Below are positions 1-12,004 of a stretch of 64,000 nucleotides of DNA, piece by piece. The notes under the pieces are model-generated. The model searched no databases and was not told where the DNA came from. It saw only the letters and a list, made by a program, of their open reading frames with translations. The position numbers were made by a program, and so were the translations under genes. The first letter of the stretch is position 1. Each line of letters opens with the position of its first letter. The stretch is from Octopus vulgaris (lineage: Eukaryota): contig OX597826.1 of NCBI GenBank assembly GCA_951406725.2, forward strand, positions 79,360,001 to 79,424,000, in the 5' to 3' direction.

Positions 1-40
1 GTCCAATATTGAGTCAACACGTTGGCTGGATCACATCAAG
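1..40 (+). CDS. MTMR2: Myotubularin (MTMR2-like) internal exon, 5'-truncated by window edge: SNIESTRWLDHIK
   Basis: Frame 2 translation resembles myotubularin 'SNLESTHWLEHIK'; donor AAG|GTGAGC at 41; phase 0 fits the next exon. Confidence 0.88.
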
Positions 41-769
41 GTGAGCGAACAAACAGATTCCGTGTTCAAATTTCACCATATGTCATTGTAACAATGTTTT
101 TTCTTCTCTTTTAATCTCATGTGGAGGTTCATCGTATTGCTAATAACCAAAACTAAGATGTAAGATACCATGTCAAGCAACTTTGTGGATCTCTCATGGT
201 CATGGTATCAAGTTTGATTACACCTGGCTGAAGTGGTGTATTGGCCGAGTCACTAGAGTGTTCTGAGTTCAAATCCTGCCCAAGTCAAATTTACCTTTCA
301 TCCTTTTGAGGGTCAATAAAAAATGGTACAAATCCAGTACAGTCAGCTTTCCATGCTAGCATGGGTTGGACAGTGGATTAAGGAAACTGTCTGAGAATTG
401 GGTGAGGTACCTTGTGGAATTTGTTAAGGGTCTTTGTTTTCTGACAGCAACACCTGAAATGACACAAGTGCGAAATGCTATCAGCCTCAGTCAGTGGCAT
501 GAAGTGTGGAGACTTGTCTGCATTGACCAACTGCTGGTCTTCCTAGAAAAAATTTTAATTTTTGCTCAAGTCTGCACATATATGCACAGTCAACATTGAC
601 CAATGGAGGTCCTACATAGTCACCCAGCAAGTGATAGATGCATAACTTATGTCAGTGAGCCTGTTGTGTTTTCTTTATCTCAATTTGGTTCTTATAATTA
701 TCTGCTATCACCTGGATTTGTTTGTTATCAGTTTGTTAGAGTCTCTCTCCAAGTCTAGCCACTTCTTTT

Positions 770-1060
770 CTGCATGGAGAGGTCATAGCTCCTGTACTAT
801 AAGACACGTGATTAGAATGTCACAGGAAAGAATTGCAAGACAGATTCTTCAAGAAAAGCTGACGGGCAGGAGACTCTTGGGGCAGATCAAGAATCAGCTG
901 GTTGGATAATTTTCATTGTCTCAGTTGGTAGAACTTGGGAATCCATCCGGGAAGTGTAATGATGGTTTCTTCTGATGGAGTCCTGCAGAAAAGGTGCCTG
1001 AAGACTCTACCCTGACAAATCCGCTCAGGAAGAGCAGCCAGAAAAGATGGACGAGTGCAT
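770..1060 (+). mobile_element. Decayed RTE-clade LINE 3' fragment in a myotubularin intron
   Basis: Translation HVIRMSQERIARQILQEKLTGRRLLG resembles the RTE RT C-terminal 'GHV.RM...R....G.R.RGRP' motif. Confidence 0.6.
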
Positions 1061-1369
1061 TTTGTCTGTGTCTGCTGGGTTTCTTGGATGCTTTTCCTTC
1101 TGTATTATGAGCTTGTGGTCATACAGAAACAAATTATTATCTGACATATTCAAAATTGGATTGAAAAAAAAAGAAACACATAAAGAATTCATATTGATTA
1201 CCTGTATAAATTGTTGTGCAGCCTTCTGGCTTGTCACTCATCAGTTCAACTCCTCCAACCCATGCCAGCATGGAAAGCAAATGTGAAATGATAATGATGA
1301 TGATGATGATGATTGTTATTCAAACGATCAAATCCCTGTTATTATTTTTGTCTTCTTCTTGGATTCCAG

Positions 1370-1468
1370 CAAATTTTGGCCGGCGCTGTTCGTATTGCTG
1401 ACAAAGTGGAATATTACAAGACGTCTGTGTTGGTTCATTGCAGCGATGGTTGGGACCGAACTGCTCAG
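1370..1468 (+). CDS. MTMR2: Myotubularin exon with catalytic CX5R motif: [33 protein letters not shown]
   Basis: [10 protein letters not shown] is the signature of active myotubularin PI3P/PI(3,5)P2 phosphatases; ttccag acceptor, CAG|GTAATT donor, 99 nt. Confidence 0.97.
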
Positions 1469-1656
1469 GTAATTTATAAATGATTATTTGTGAATTTATA
1501 TTTTCAGTTGGTTGTTGTTGTTGTTGTTGTTTTAGTCTAGTCCAGCCCTGACCAAGCAGACTTACAATCAAAGGTGTTGTACCTGTTACACGGTTGTTCA
1601 TTTTTGTGATTTCCAGGAATAGTAAAAGACCACATCATCTAATGTTTTCTTTCAGT

Positions 1657-1980
1657 GAAGGCATGTGGCTTAGTGGTCAGGGTATTAGGATCACGATTTT
1701 AAGGTCATGAGTTCAATTCCTGGCAGTTTGTTGTGTCCTTGAGCAAGGCACTTTATTTCACATTGCTCCAGTTCACACAACTTGCAGAAATGAGTGGGAC
1801 TTATATTCCAAGGGGCCAACCTTGTAACATTGTGTGTCACTCTGAATCTCCCTGAGAACTACATTAAAGGTACGTGTGTCTGTGGAGTGCTCAGCCACTT
1901 GTAGGTTAATTTCTTGAGGAGTCTGTTCCATTGATCGGATCAACTGGAACCCTCGTCATCATAACCAATGGAGTGCCAGT
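1657..1980 (+). mobile_element. tRNA-derived SINE (3' half shared with the 13494-13875 copy)
   Basis: A box TGGCTTAGTGG and B box GAGTTCAATTCC; 3' part near-identical to 13700-13870; imperfect TSD taatg(t/c)tttctt. Confidence 0.75.
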
Positions 1981-2604
1981 TAATGCTTTCTTCCTTTTTT
2001 TTTTTTTCTAAGAGATTTGGTTCTTATGTTTAGCTGATCAAGAAATTAATAGAGGTACGTAATGTTGGTGTTAGGAAGCCCCAGTCTTTGAATCGATCTA
2101 TAGTAGAGATGACCAGTCAAAGCGAGTCCTAGAACTATGCAAGAGGCAATTATCTCTAAATATATAAAAGGCAAATGTCTGTGTGTGTGTGCGTGCGTGC
2201 GTGCGTGTCCTTTATACAAATCCACAATTTTTCAGTTAGAGGGCTCGCACTTTCTATGGTCATTCAAAACCGTCCAAGGGTGGTCGTGCACATCTTTACA
2301 TTTCCCCAGTCACCCCACAGAGCCATTAAAAAATCAATAGAAGTGACTTTTTTGTGAATTTTCTATCCAAAACCCAATCAAAATGCCCGAAACTTGATAC
2401 ACCAATTGAATGGCAGCTAGCTGTATGTGATTGGTTGGAGATTTTGGACAGTACTCCCGTGTATGTGCGCACACATGCAGCTGTACATGCATGACTTGGT
2501 GTTGCCGGGTCATAGTGCTAGTGTTGTTTATTTGATTCTTACCGTAATGTTTCTAATTGTTTGATATTCCTGAGATTTTCAATTTCTCTCTCTCTAATCC
2601 ACAG

Positions 2605-2712
2605 CTCACCTCTCTTGCAATGATTATGCTGGATCCGTACTACCGAACTGTGAAGGGGTTTGAACTCCTGATAGAAAAAGAGTGGCTCAGTTTTGGACAT
2701 AAATTTGCTCAA
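2605..2712 (+). CDS. MTMR2: Myotubularin exon: [36 protein letters not shown]
   Basis: Conserved [22 protein letters not shown]; pyrimidine tract plus ccacag acceptor; CAA|GTAAGT donor; 108 nt. Confidence 0.97.
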
Positions 2713-2827
2713 GTAAGTGGAGACAAGATATTTGGTGACTTATATCAAAATTAACTTTTTTACTTTTAATTACCAGAAAATATTATTGCTGAGGATCATT
2801 TTGTTTTGCAGCTGAAGTCTGTATAAT

Positions 2828-3072
2828 TTTTTTTCATTTTTGTTTTTCATTGCCCACAAGGAGCTAAACATAGAGGGGACAAACAAGGACAGACTAAGGG
2901 ATTAAGTCGATTACATCGAACCCAGTGCGTAACTGGTACTTAATTTATTGACCCCGAAAGGATGAAAGGCAAAGTTGACCTTGGTGGAATTTGAACTCAG
3001 AACGTAGAGACAGACGAAATATCAATAAGCATTTCGCCCAGCATGCTAACGTTTCTGCCAGCTCGCCACCTT
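2828..3072 (-). mobile_element. tRNA-derived SINE family A with 15-bp TSD
   Basis: TSD tgaagtctgtataat at 2813-2827 and 3073-3087; B box GAGTTCAAATTCC on the minus strand; many copies in window. Confidence 0.88.
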
Positions 3073-3509
3073 TGAAGTCTGTATAATGGTAACCTGAAGT
3101 TTGCAGGGAATTTTAAAACTGAGTCTAATAGTGAAATATTACTCAAACACGTAGATGTTTCTATGAGCATTTATGAAGCTGTTTCATTGTATTTAGGTCT
3201 CCATTTTTACAACTTCCACATCAAGTTCAGATTTATATTTGTGTTATTTTATATCTGTCTTGATAGGGAACACCTAGTTAAACCCAGTATTTTATATTCA
3301 AACCCAGTATATCTTGGATTACATTATCAATGTGTTCTTTTCTTTTAACTCAAAAGAAAGTAATTTGGAGCAGTTTTAGCTGCTATTTCTTGTATGCTGA
3401 AAATCACCATGTATGCGTCCTCATTAAGTACTGTATAAATGTAGTTGCCTGCGTATAACTTAAAAAAGGTTCATACATAAAATTGTAATGGGGGGGTGTT
3501 CTAGTATAA

Positions 3510-3719
3510 CCCTTAAGCATTTAATCTGGTCTAAATATTCTGCCTGTTTTATGTTAAAACAGACCATATCCGACTTCTCACACCTACCCAACAATGTCAT
3601 TCTAAAAATAAACAATCACATCATCAAAATCTCAAAGACATGAGATAATCCCTGATTAATTCCAAACAATGTGTATAAACAAGGATTACATTCAACAGAG
3701 TTACCTGAAAGCTGAAGGG
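3510..3719. mobile_element. piggyBac-type MITE
   Basis: Termini CCCTTAAGC...GCTGAAGGG flanked by ATAA/TTAA; second, interrupted copy at ~7292-8050. Confidence 0.65.
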
Positions 3720-3884
3720 TTAAATATGGCCGATTAGAGAATGGCTTGATTTGTGTCATAGAAGCAGATGGGGTCTTAGATATGTTGTTATGAAACAATT
3801 TAGTCTGGTTTAAGATTGAGTTAAAGTTTTAATAAAATACACATCGTTGTAGGCTGAATTCCAATTTCAATTTTTTTCTTGCAG

Positions 3885-3977
3885 AGAATCGGGCATGGTG
3901 AAGACAAACACTCAGATGCTGACCGTTCTCCTGTATTTTTGCAGTTTATTGACTGTGTGTGGCAAATGGCCAATCAG
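3885..3977 (+). CDS. MTMR2: Myotubularin exon: [31 protein letters not shown]
   Basis: Conserved GHG...[17 protein letters not shown]; tttcttgcag acceptor; CAG|GTAATC donor; 93 nt. Confidence 0.97.
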
Positions 3978-4459
3978 GTAATCAATCTTAAAATCTGGAC
4001 AATGGACATGAGTTAGAATGAGAACAGTAATAAATGAATGAAGAACGAATATATGGTGCATGTGTTTATTTGGCAAAGAAAACAAAAAAAAAAGACCATC
4101 CTGAAATATAACAAAATCTTAAAATCACTGTTCTTTAATTAATGATGTAATACAAAGAACATTAGAGTGAAATGGTTATCGGTAATCACCTTCACTAATT
4201 AGGTTTGTGGATGATTTGATCATCATATTGTGACTTAAAGGGATGATAAAATACTGTACAGATTAAAAGATTAAATGTATTGAGACTTGGAGAACTGATT
4301 AAAGCTGATTGACTGGGGTTGACTCCTTGTTACCTTTTTAGTTCTGTGGCAGAAGTGCAGCTCAGCACTGAAGACTAACAAATATAAAACCCATGCTGTA
4401 GGCTCCCAAAGTACTTGTTTACAGCCAAATAGACTGAGCTTTTATCACCTGTGCTGTGT

Positions 4460-4491
<32 letters not shown>

Positions 4492-4493
<2 letters not shown>

Positions 4494-5452
4494 ATCGTTG
4501 TCGTTTAACATCTGTTTTCCATGCTGGCATAGGTTGGACGGTTTGATTGGGGACCAGCAAGCCAGGGGCCTCACCAGGCTCCAATCTGATCTGGCAAGGT
4601 TTCTACAGCTGGATGCCCTTCCTAATGCCAACCACTCCGAGAGTGTAGTGGGTGCTTTTTACATGCCACCACCACGGGAGCCAGTCAAATGGCACTGGCC
4701 TTGGCTATGTTCAGGTGATTTTTATGTGCTACCGGCACAGGAGCCAGTCAGGGAGGGGGCTGGCATTGACCACATTCGGATGGTGCTTTTTACATGCCAT
4801 CGGCATGGGGAGGCAGTCAAGTGGCACTGGCAACAACCCACACATGAATAGTGCTTATTGCGTGCCACCAGCACAGGAACCAGTCAAGTGGCACTGGCAT
4901 CGGCCACAACTACAATTTCCATTTTTGATTCTGATTTTACTTGACTCAATAGGTCTCCTCAAGCACGGCATGTTACCCGACAATTCAAAGAGGGACTTTT
5001 TAAATGGGCTGGTTATGTGACATATATATATATAAGGAAAATCAAAATCGAAATCGATCAACATCAATAGAAATTGTAACAGTGATACCAGTGCCGGTGG
5101 CACATAAGAGAACTGTCCAAACGTGGCCGTTGCCAGCGCTGCCCCGACTGGCCTCCGTGCCGGTGGCACATAAAAAGCACCATCCAGTTGTGGCTGTTGC
5201 CAGCCTCGTCTGGCCCTCGTGCTGGTGGCACGTAAAAAGCACCATCCGATCGTGGCCGTTTGCCAGCCTCGTCTGGCACGTAAAAAGCACCCACTACACT
5301 CACGGAGTGGTTGGCGTTAGGAAGGGCATCCAGCTGTAGAAACTCTGCCAGATCAGACTGGAGCCTGATGCAGCCTTCTGGCTCCCCAGACCCCAGTTGA
5401 ACCGTCCAACCCATGCTAGCATGGAAAACGGACGTTAAACGATGATGATGAT
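4492..5452. mobile_element. Two oppositely oriented copies of an (ATG)n-tailed RTE-3'UTR/SINE family separated by a (TA)n spacer
   Basis: 4492-5020 and 5040-5452 are reverse-complement homologues (ggatgcccttcctaatgccaaccactcc / ggagtggttggcgttaggaagggcatcc); same 3' end as the LINE at 17330-17496. Confidence 0.8.
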
Positions 5453-5699
5453 GAAGGGCACGTAGCTGTAGAAACCATGCCAAAGCAGACATTGGAGCAT
5501 CAATACAGGTGTCAGATTCTGTAAAACCATCCAACTCATGCCAATAGAGAAGATGGATCTTAACAGATGAAGATTATGTCTGTGTGTGTGTGTCTGTGTG
5601 TCTTTGTGTGTGTGTGTGTGTGTGTGTGGTCCTCTGGTCACATGGCTGGTGTAAAGTATCTCTGTAAGCATTCTAGCATCAGGGAATTGATTGTAATGT

Positions 5700-5930
5700 T
5701 TTTATGTGGCACGTAAATAGCACCAATTACGCCCGTGGAGTGGTTGGCATTAGGAAGGGCATCCGGCCATAGGAACCTTGCTAAATCAAACCGGAACCTG
5801 GTGCAGTCCCCCCCCGCCCCCCACCCTGACAGGTTACCGGTTTTCAGCCAAACCATCCAACCCATGCCAGCATGGAAAGCAGACGTTAAACGACGACGAC
5901 GATGACGATGATGATGATAACGATGATGAT
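5700..5930 (+). mobile_element. (ATG)n-tailed RTE-3'UTR/SINE fragment
   Basis: ggagtggttggcattaggaagggcatcc...ccatgccagcatggaaagcagacgttaaacgacg...gatgatg. Confidence 0.75.
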
Positions 5931-5966
5931 TGCCATTAATGCTTCTCTTTCTGTTTTCAATTTCAG

Positions 5967-6080
5967 TTTCCAATTGCTTTTGAATTCAACGAATACTTCT
6001 TGATTACCATCATGGACCATCTGTATTCCTGCCTCTTTGGAACATTCTTGTACAATTCGGAACAACAACGAGTCAAAGAG
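5967..6080 (+). CDS. MTMR2: Myotubularin exon: [38 protein letters not shown]
   Basis: Conserved FP.AFEFNE.FLITI.DHLYSC.FGTFL.NSE; tttcag acceptor; GAG|GTACAG donor; 114 nt. Confidence 0.97.
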
Positions 6081-6633
6081 GTACAGCATTCAGTTAGAAT
6101 TTCTCCCTGAACACCTCCCACCCCAACCCCCACCCTCCAACCGTTTCCATTAATTTCCCACCTGATGTTTTCTCGTTTTCTCTATCACTCTCTCATCTAA
6201 AACTCCCAGACTCTCATATCATTCACCGCTCTACTCTCGCTCTGTCTGCTTTTTATGACGATGCCCGAAGCCAGCTCAACCCACCCCGGGTGGATGCTGT
6301 CTCAAGTCAAGTCAAGTCTCTGTTATAAGTGATGGAAAAGCATTCAATCTGTCTGTATTCCATTACTGTTTCTTTATTGCTAGCCATCACTCTTTCTCTC
6401 TCTCTCTCACCCTTCCTTGATCTCTCTCCTTTCTCTCCTCTCTCTCTCCATTCCCCTCTGCCTCTATTTCATTACCCTCTCTCTCTCTCTCTCTCTTTCT
6501 CTGATTGTTCTGTCTTGCTGACAGTTTTCTCTGGAAATATTCAAAGAACACAGATTTATAGAACTCCATGTTTACACTTGTCTCCTCACTCGCTGATCCC
6601 CTCTAATCTTCTCATTCTATTTATTGTATTAAG

Positions 6634-6813
6634 GAACTGAAGACAAAGACCCATTCCCTGTGGGGTTACATCAACAGCAGCGTGGAGGATTATCTTAATC
6701 CTCTCTATGCCACTTACCTAGACCAACATGTCTTACTACCAGTTGCAAGTATGAGGCAGTTAGAACTTTGGATTGGATACTACTGCCGGTGGAACCCATG
6801 CCTAAGGCCACAG
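6634..6813 (+). CDS. MTMR2: Myotubularin exon: [60 protein letters not shown]
   Basis: Conserved SLW.YINS, NPLY and PVASMR.LELW.GYY.RWNP blocks; attaag acceptor; CAG|GTAATT donor; 180 nt. Confidence 0.95.
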
Positions 6814-6890
6814 GTAATTGTTTTGTTGTTCTTCTTAATACTCTTGCAGTTCTTTTGTAAATCTGTTTACCATTTTTTGGTGTGTGTGGA

Positions 6891-7293
6891 TACTCTTTTA
6901 CTTGTTTCAGTCATTTGACTGAGGCCATGCTGGAGCACCGCCTTTAGTCGAGCATATCGACCCCGGGACTTATTCTTTGTAAGCCCAGTACTTATTCTAT
7001 CGGTCTCTTTTGCCAAACCGCTAAGTGACGGGGACGTAAACACATCAGCATCGGTTGTCAAGCAATGCTAGGGGAACAAACACAGACACACACACACACA
7101 CATACACACACATACATATATATATATACATATATACGACAGGCTTCTTTCAGTTTCCGTCTACCAAATCCATTCACAAGGCATTGGTTTGCCCGGGGCT
7201 ATAGCAGAAGACACTTGCCCAAGATGCCACGCAGTGGGATTGAACCCGGAAACATTTGGTTGGTTAGCAAGCTACTTACCACACAGCCACTCC
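6891..7293 (-). mobile_element. tRNA-derived SINE family B
   Basis: Homologous to copies at 7408, 34525, 34921, 46305 and 48385; internal microsatellite; (AAAAGAGT)-type tail. Confidence 0.85.
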
Positions 7294-7407
7294 TTTAGCA
7301 TTTAAACCAACCATGTCTGACTCAAATATTCTCCCTGTTTTATGTTCAAACTGACCAGATCTGGCCTCTCACACCTATCCTACAATGTCATTCTAAAAAT
7401 AAGCAAA

Positions 7408-7835
7408 GGGCTGCGGGTGTGGCTGTGTGGTAAGAAGTTTGCTTCCCAACCACGTGGCTCTGGGTTCAGTCCCACTGTGTGGCACTGGGTTCAGTCCCAC
7501 TGCGTGGCACCTTGGGCAAGTGTCTTCAGCTGTAGCCTCGAGCTGACTGAAGCTTATGTGTGGATTTAGTAAACGGAAACTGAAAGAAGCCTGTCCTGTA
7601 TACATGTGTGTGTGTGTGTGTGTGTTTGTTTGTTCCCCACCACCACTTGACAACCGGGGTTGGTGTGTTTATGTCCCTATGACTTAGTGATTTGGCAGAA
7701 GAGATCAATAAAGTAAGAACCAAACTTAAAAAGAAAAAAGTACTGAGGTTGATTCATTCGACTAAGAATTCTTCACTGCGGTGCCCCAGCATGGCCACAG
7801 TCTAATGACTGATGCAAGTAAAAGGAAACAGATAA
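7408..7835 (+). mobile_element. tRNA-derived SINE family B inserted into the piggyBac-type MITE copy (7292-8050)
   Basis: TGGCTGTGTGG A box, GGTTCAGTCCC B box (locally duplicated); MITE sequence matching 3510-3719 resumes on both sides. Confidence 0.8.
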
Positions 7836-7877
7836 ATGACATCATTGAAATCTTGAAGCTATGAGATAATGCCTGAT

Positions 7878-7992
7878 TAATTTAATGCATAATTAATGCA
7901 TTTAATGCATAATTTAATTTCATAATTTAATGCATAATTTAATGCACAATTTAATGCATAATTTGATGCATAATTAATTTAATGCCTGATTA
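7878..7992. repeat. Minisatellite, ~12-bp unit AATTTAATGCAT
   Basis: About 9 degenerate tandem copies; absent from the inverted duplicate at 12871-13068. Confidence 0.8.
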
Positions 7993-8917
7993 ATTTAAAA
8001 CATGAATGGATAAGCATTTCATTTGAGAGAGTAATCCAAAGGCTGAAGGGTTAATGGTGAGACTGCATTTAAAGGCTGAGCAAAGAAAGACCCGGTTGGT
8101 TTGGCTGCACATTAAAGCTGTTTATGTATGGAAGCCAAGCACACTGGTAGCACCCAAGGCCTTCTACATGTTTCCCAGTCTACTGGCAGGAGTTGGAGGA
8201 AGAGAGGACTGACCCACAACTCCCAGGCTGCTGTTGTTATAAGGAGCACCACAGGATGATAGCCATTACTTCCCTGCATTGTCATCATCCCATTGCCCTG
8301 GTCCTTTTCACTCAGTCTCTCTTCTAGCTGCCAAGGAGGAGACAACCCTTTGGTGCTGGTGAACAGACACCGAATGGACACAGAGCAGAGAGGACTCTTT
8401 AGTGTTGCTGTGGACATGGCAACCTCTCTGGTGTTGGTGCTATGATGAAATGCAACCAGTTCACATTGTCCAGTGGTCGGTCATACCTGTTCTCAGACTA
8501 TAGTCCTAGACTCCAACCTTTGCTGCAGCATGCTGGTTTCGTGCCCCATGTCCCATCTCCTGCCTCATCTCACTACTTTTCCTCTCTGTCTGATCAACTC
8601 CCTTCGAATAAGTCTGCTACCCAGGCACAGGTAGGGTCCAGCTGATGAACTCCTGCAGCTTTTGTCCACCCATTCGTACTGGCTGTGGTAAGTGCAGGCG
8701 TGGATGTGTGGTTAGCATGCTTGCTTCTCAACCACAGGGCTTTAGGTTCAGTCCCACTGTGTAACACTTTGGATGTGTATCTTTTACTGTTGCCCCAGGG
8801 TGACCAAAACCTTGTGAGTAGATTTGGTAGATGGAAACTGAAAGCAGCCCATCATCCTCACTATCATCATCATCATCATCATTTATCATTTGTGTTCCAT
8901 GTTGGCATGGGTTGGAT

Positions 8918-9148
8918 GGTTTGACAGGAGCTGATAAGGCCAAGGGCTGCATTGTGCTTCTGTATCTGTTTTGGCATGGTTTATATGGCTGAATGCCCTG
9001 CTTCAAATAAACACACAGACACGCACACACACACACGTGCGTGTGTGTGAACACTATCTAAAGTGGTTGGCAACAAGCTGTAGAAACCATACCAAAACAG
9101 ATACAGAAGCACAATGCAGCCCTTGGCCTTATCAGCTCCTGTCAAACC
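8918..9148. repeat. 65-bp inverted repeat (arms 8918-8982 and 9084-9148, one mismatch, 101-nt loop)
   Basis: Direct reverse-complement comparison of the two arms. Confidence 0.92.
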
Positions 9149-9274
9149 TGGAACTGTTTCGTTGGGAAGCAAGCTTCTTACCACACGGCCACGCCTATAT
9201 CTAATTGTGAAAATTATTATTATTATTATTTTTAAAAATCCTTTTTGTCTTTTCTCCACCCATTTCTCTTTTAG

Positions 9275-9472
9275 GAACCAATCCATCTCCGGAATAACGT
9301 TTTGCTGAAGCTGAAGAACCATTTGCAGAAGGAGTATGAGAGTCTCATGAAGGAACAGGAAAGCAGGAACGCTCGCGGCACCAGCAGCAGCAGCAGCAGC
9401 CAGGCTGTCAATTCCACAGCCTCAATATCTTCGAGTTCAGCTCAGAGGGTAGCGTCTCCCGTCAGCACCTGA
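9275..9472 (+). CDS. MTMR2: Myotubularin terminal coding exon (coiled coil plus Ser-rich tail): EPIHLRNNVLLKLKNHLQKEYESLMKEQESRNARGTSSSSSSQAVNSTASISSSSAQRVASPVST*
   Basis: ctcttttag acceptor; PQ|EPIH junction as in MTMR2; TGA at 9470-9472. Confidence 0.9.
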   Translation, partial: EPIHLRNNVLLKLKNHLQKEYESLMKEQESRNARGTSSSSSSQAVNSTASISSSSAQRVASPVST

Positions 9473-9527
9473 GACTAACGAAACGGTCTCCAGAAACGAT
9501 TTTTAAAGAATATATAGAAAATGCAAA

Positions 9528-9533
9528 AATAAA
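9528..9533 (+). terminator. Proximal poly(A) signal candidate of the myotubularin gene (further AATAAA at ~9677, 11378, 11498, 12758, 12815)
   Basis: AATAAA hexamers downstream of the stop; which is used cannot be determined from sequence. Confidence 0.4.
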
Positions 9534-9619
9534 GCTAAAAATTATGTGTATTGAAGTATAAAAAAAAGACAAAAAACAATGCGAGCATGCTTGTGTATAT
9601 GCTTGTATGAGTGGTGCTT

Positions 9620-9896
9620 GTGTGTGTGTGTATATATATATATATGTATATATATGTGTGTGTGTGTGTGTGTGTGAATAAATAAATGTGTATGTGTTTT
9701 TACATGATTATATATATGTATACATACATTGTTACATACGCATACAAGTACACTCTCAGACACATACATGAAACATAAACACTCACATATGTATATATGT
9801 ATACACATGTATGTATGCATGCATGTATATGTATGTACGTATGTGTATGTATATATATATGTGTGTGTATGTATATATATATATGTATGTGTATGT

Positions 9897-9931
<35 letters not shown>

Positions 9932-10124
9932 CATATATGTATGTATATATATGTATGTATACATATATGTATGTATATATATATATATGTATGTATACAT
10001 ATATGTATGTATGTGTGTATATATGTGTATGTATATATATATATATATGTGTATACATGTGTATGTATGTAATATGTATATGTATGTATGTATATATATT
10101 GTGTTTATGTATATATATATATGG

Positions 10125-10155
<31 letters not shown>

Positions 10156-10656
10156 GGTATGTATGTATGTATGTATGTATGTATATATATATATGTATGT
10201 ATATATACATATATGTATGTATATATATATATATGTATATGTATGTATGTATATATACATATATGTATATGTATGTATATATATGTATATGTATGTATAT
10301 ATATATATATATATATGTATGTATATATATATGTATATGTATGTATGTATATATATATATGTATATGTATGTATATATATATATGTATATGTATGTATGT
10401 ATATATATATGTATATGTATGTATGTATATATGTATGTATGTATATATATGTATATGTGTATATGTATGCATATGTATGTATGTATATATATATGTATAT
10501 GTATGTGTATATGTATGTATATATATGTATATATATGTGTACGTATATATATATATATATATACATACGTACACATATATATATATACATACGTATGTAT
10601 ATATATATATGTATATATATGTATCTGTATGTATATATCTATATATATATATGTAT

Positions 10657-10690
<34 letters not shown>

Positions 10691-10786
10691 ATAATGTACG
10701 TATATATATGTGTATGTATGTATGTATATATATATGAATGTATATATATGTGTATGTATGTATTTATATATATATATGTATGTATG

Positions 10787-10819
<33 letters not shown>

Positions 10820-10920
10820 AAATATGTGTGTGTGTGTATGTATGTATGTATGTATATATATATATATCTATGCATGTATATGCATATGTGTGTATATATG
10901 TGTATATATATTTATGTATG
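9620..10920. repeat. ~1.3-kb compound (TA)n/(TATG)n/(TG)n microsatellite just after the myotubularin stop
   Basis: Low-complexity sequence; source of the spurious Y/I/M/C-rich ORFs. Confidence 0.95.
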
Positions 10921-11765
10921 AACTCCACTCTCGTATGATTGAAGATCTTTTTTTGTAAATATTGGAAAACAAAAGCCTTAACAAATAACAATGAAATGCT
11001 GCAAAAAAACAAAACAAAAAAACTCAACATCCCTTTCTTATTTGAGCTACACATATTACTCCCATACACATACGCACATAAACATTTATAGGTCACGCAT
11101 ATACAGATACACACATGTAAATCTATCTATCTGTCTGTCTGTCTACACACATATATAATTCACTTAATAGCGGGATGCGAAGCTCAACAAAAATGGCCTT
11201 TGTTATGAGATTACAAAACCATGATATTAGTCAGTATTCTTGTCTATTATAATATAATACTTGTATTTTATTTATTCTCTTTTGTTTTCTCTAAAAAATT
11301 CTTCAGTTAAGAATTCTGCCCTTTTTTTTGACTCTGGGATACCCAGCAAGTATGTGGTTTTACCAGTATGCATGTGGAATAAATGTCTGTTGATACTTCA
11401 AGTGCATCTTGCTTGCTCTTCTCCTTCATGCGCCCCATGGCCTGTTAAGGACTTTCTTTCTTCCTTGTAACCCACACCAGAACACAGGGGCAAAGCGAAT
11501 AAAAATTTTAAACTGCACACAACAAGCAATCTTTCAAACGCTGCACTGATGCACTTGAAACTCTCTATGAGAGGCTGTGCTTTCTATGTGCCCTGATTGA
11601 GCAGGAAGAGCTAAGGTTCATCATATGGGTTATCATTATCTTAAGTTTGCCTTCATCTATTTAAGAACTCTGTGTGTGTGTGTGTGTGTGTGTGTGATTT
11701 TGCATACATATGGATACATACAAACATAAAGTTGAAAACTTGGTAATATCTTATATACACATGTA

Positions 11766-12004
11766 AAGGTGGTGAGCTGGCAGAAACGTTAGCATGCTGG
11801 GCGAAATGCTTAGCGGTATTTCGTCTGCTGTTATGTTCTGAGTTCAAATTCCGCCGAGGTCGACTTTGCCTTTCATCCTTTCAGGGTCAATAAATTAAGT
11901 ACCAGTTACACACTGGGGTCGATGTAATCGACTTAATCCATTTTTCTGTCCTTGTTTGTCCCCTCTGTGTTTAGTCCCTTGTGGGCAGTAAAGAAACAAA
12001 TATA
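11766..12004 (+). mobile_element. SINE family A with 15-bp TSD
   Basis: TSD ttatatacacatgta at 11751-11765 and 12005-12019; B box GAGTTCAAATTCC. Confidence 0.88.

Noticed and set aside
4660-5290. Repeated 'gtgctttt(t)ac.tgccacc.gcac' units resembling a CRISPR array
   Set aside because: Internal tandem subrepeats of a eukaryotic LINE 3'UTR/SINE; spacers are mutually similar and there are no cas genes
9542-11114. Long Y/I/H/T/M/C-rich ORFs (also at 29.5, 42.7, 45.7, 50.6, 55.5 and 60.8-62.2 kb)
   Set aside because: Translations of (TA)n/(TATG)n microsatellites, which lack stop codons in several frames
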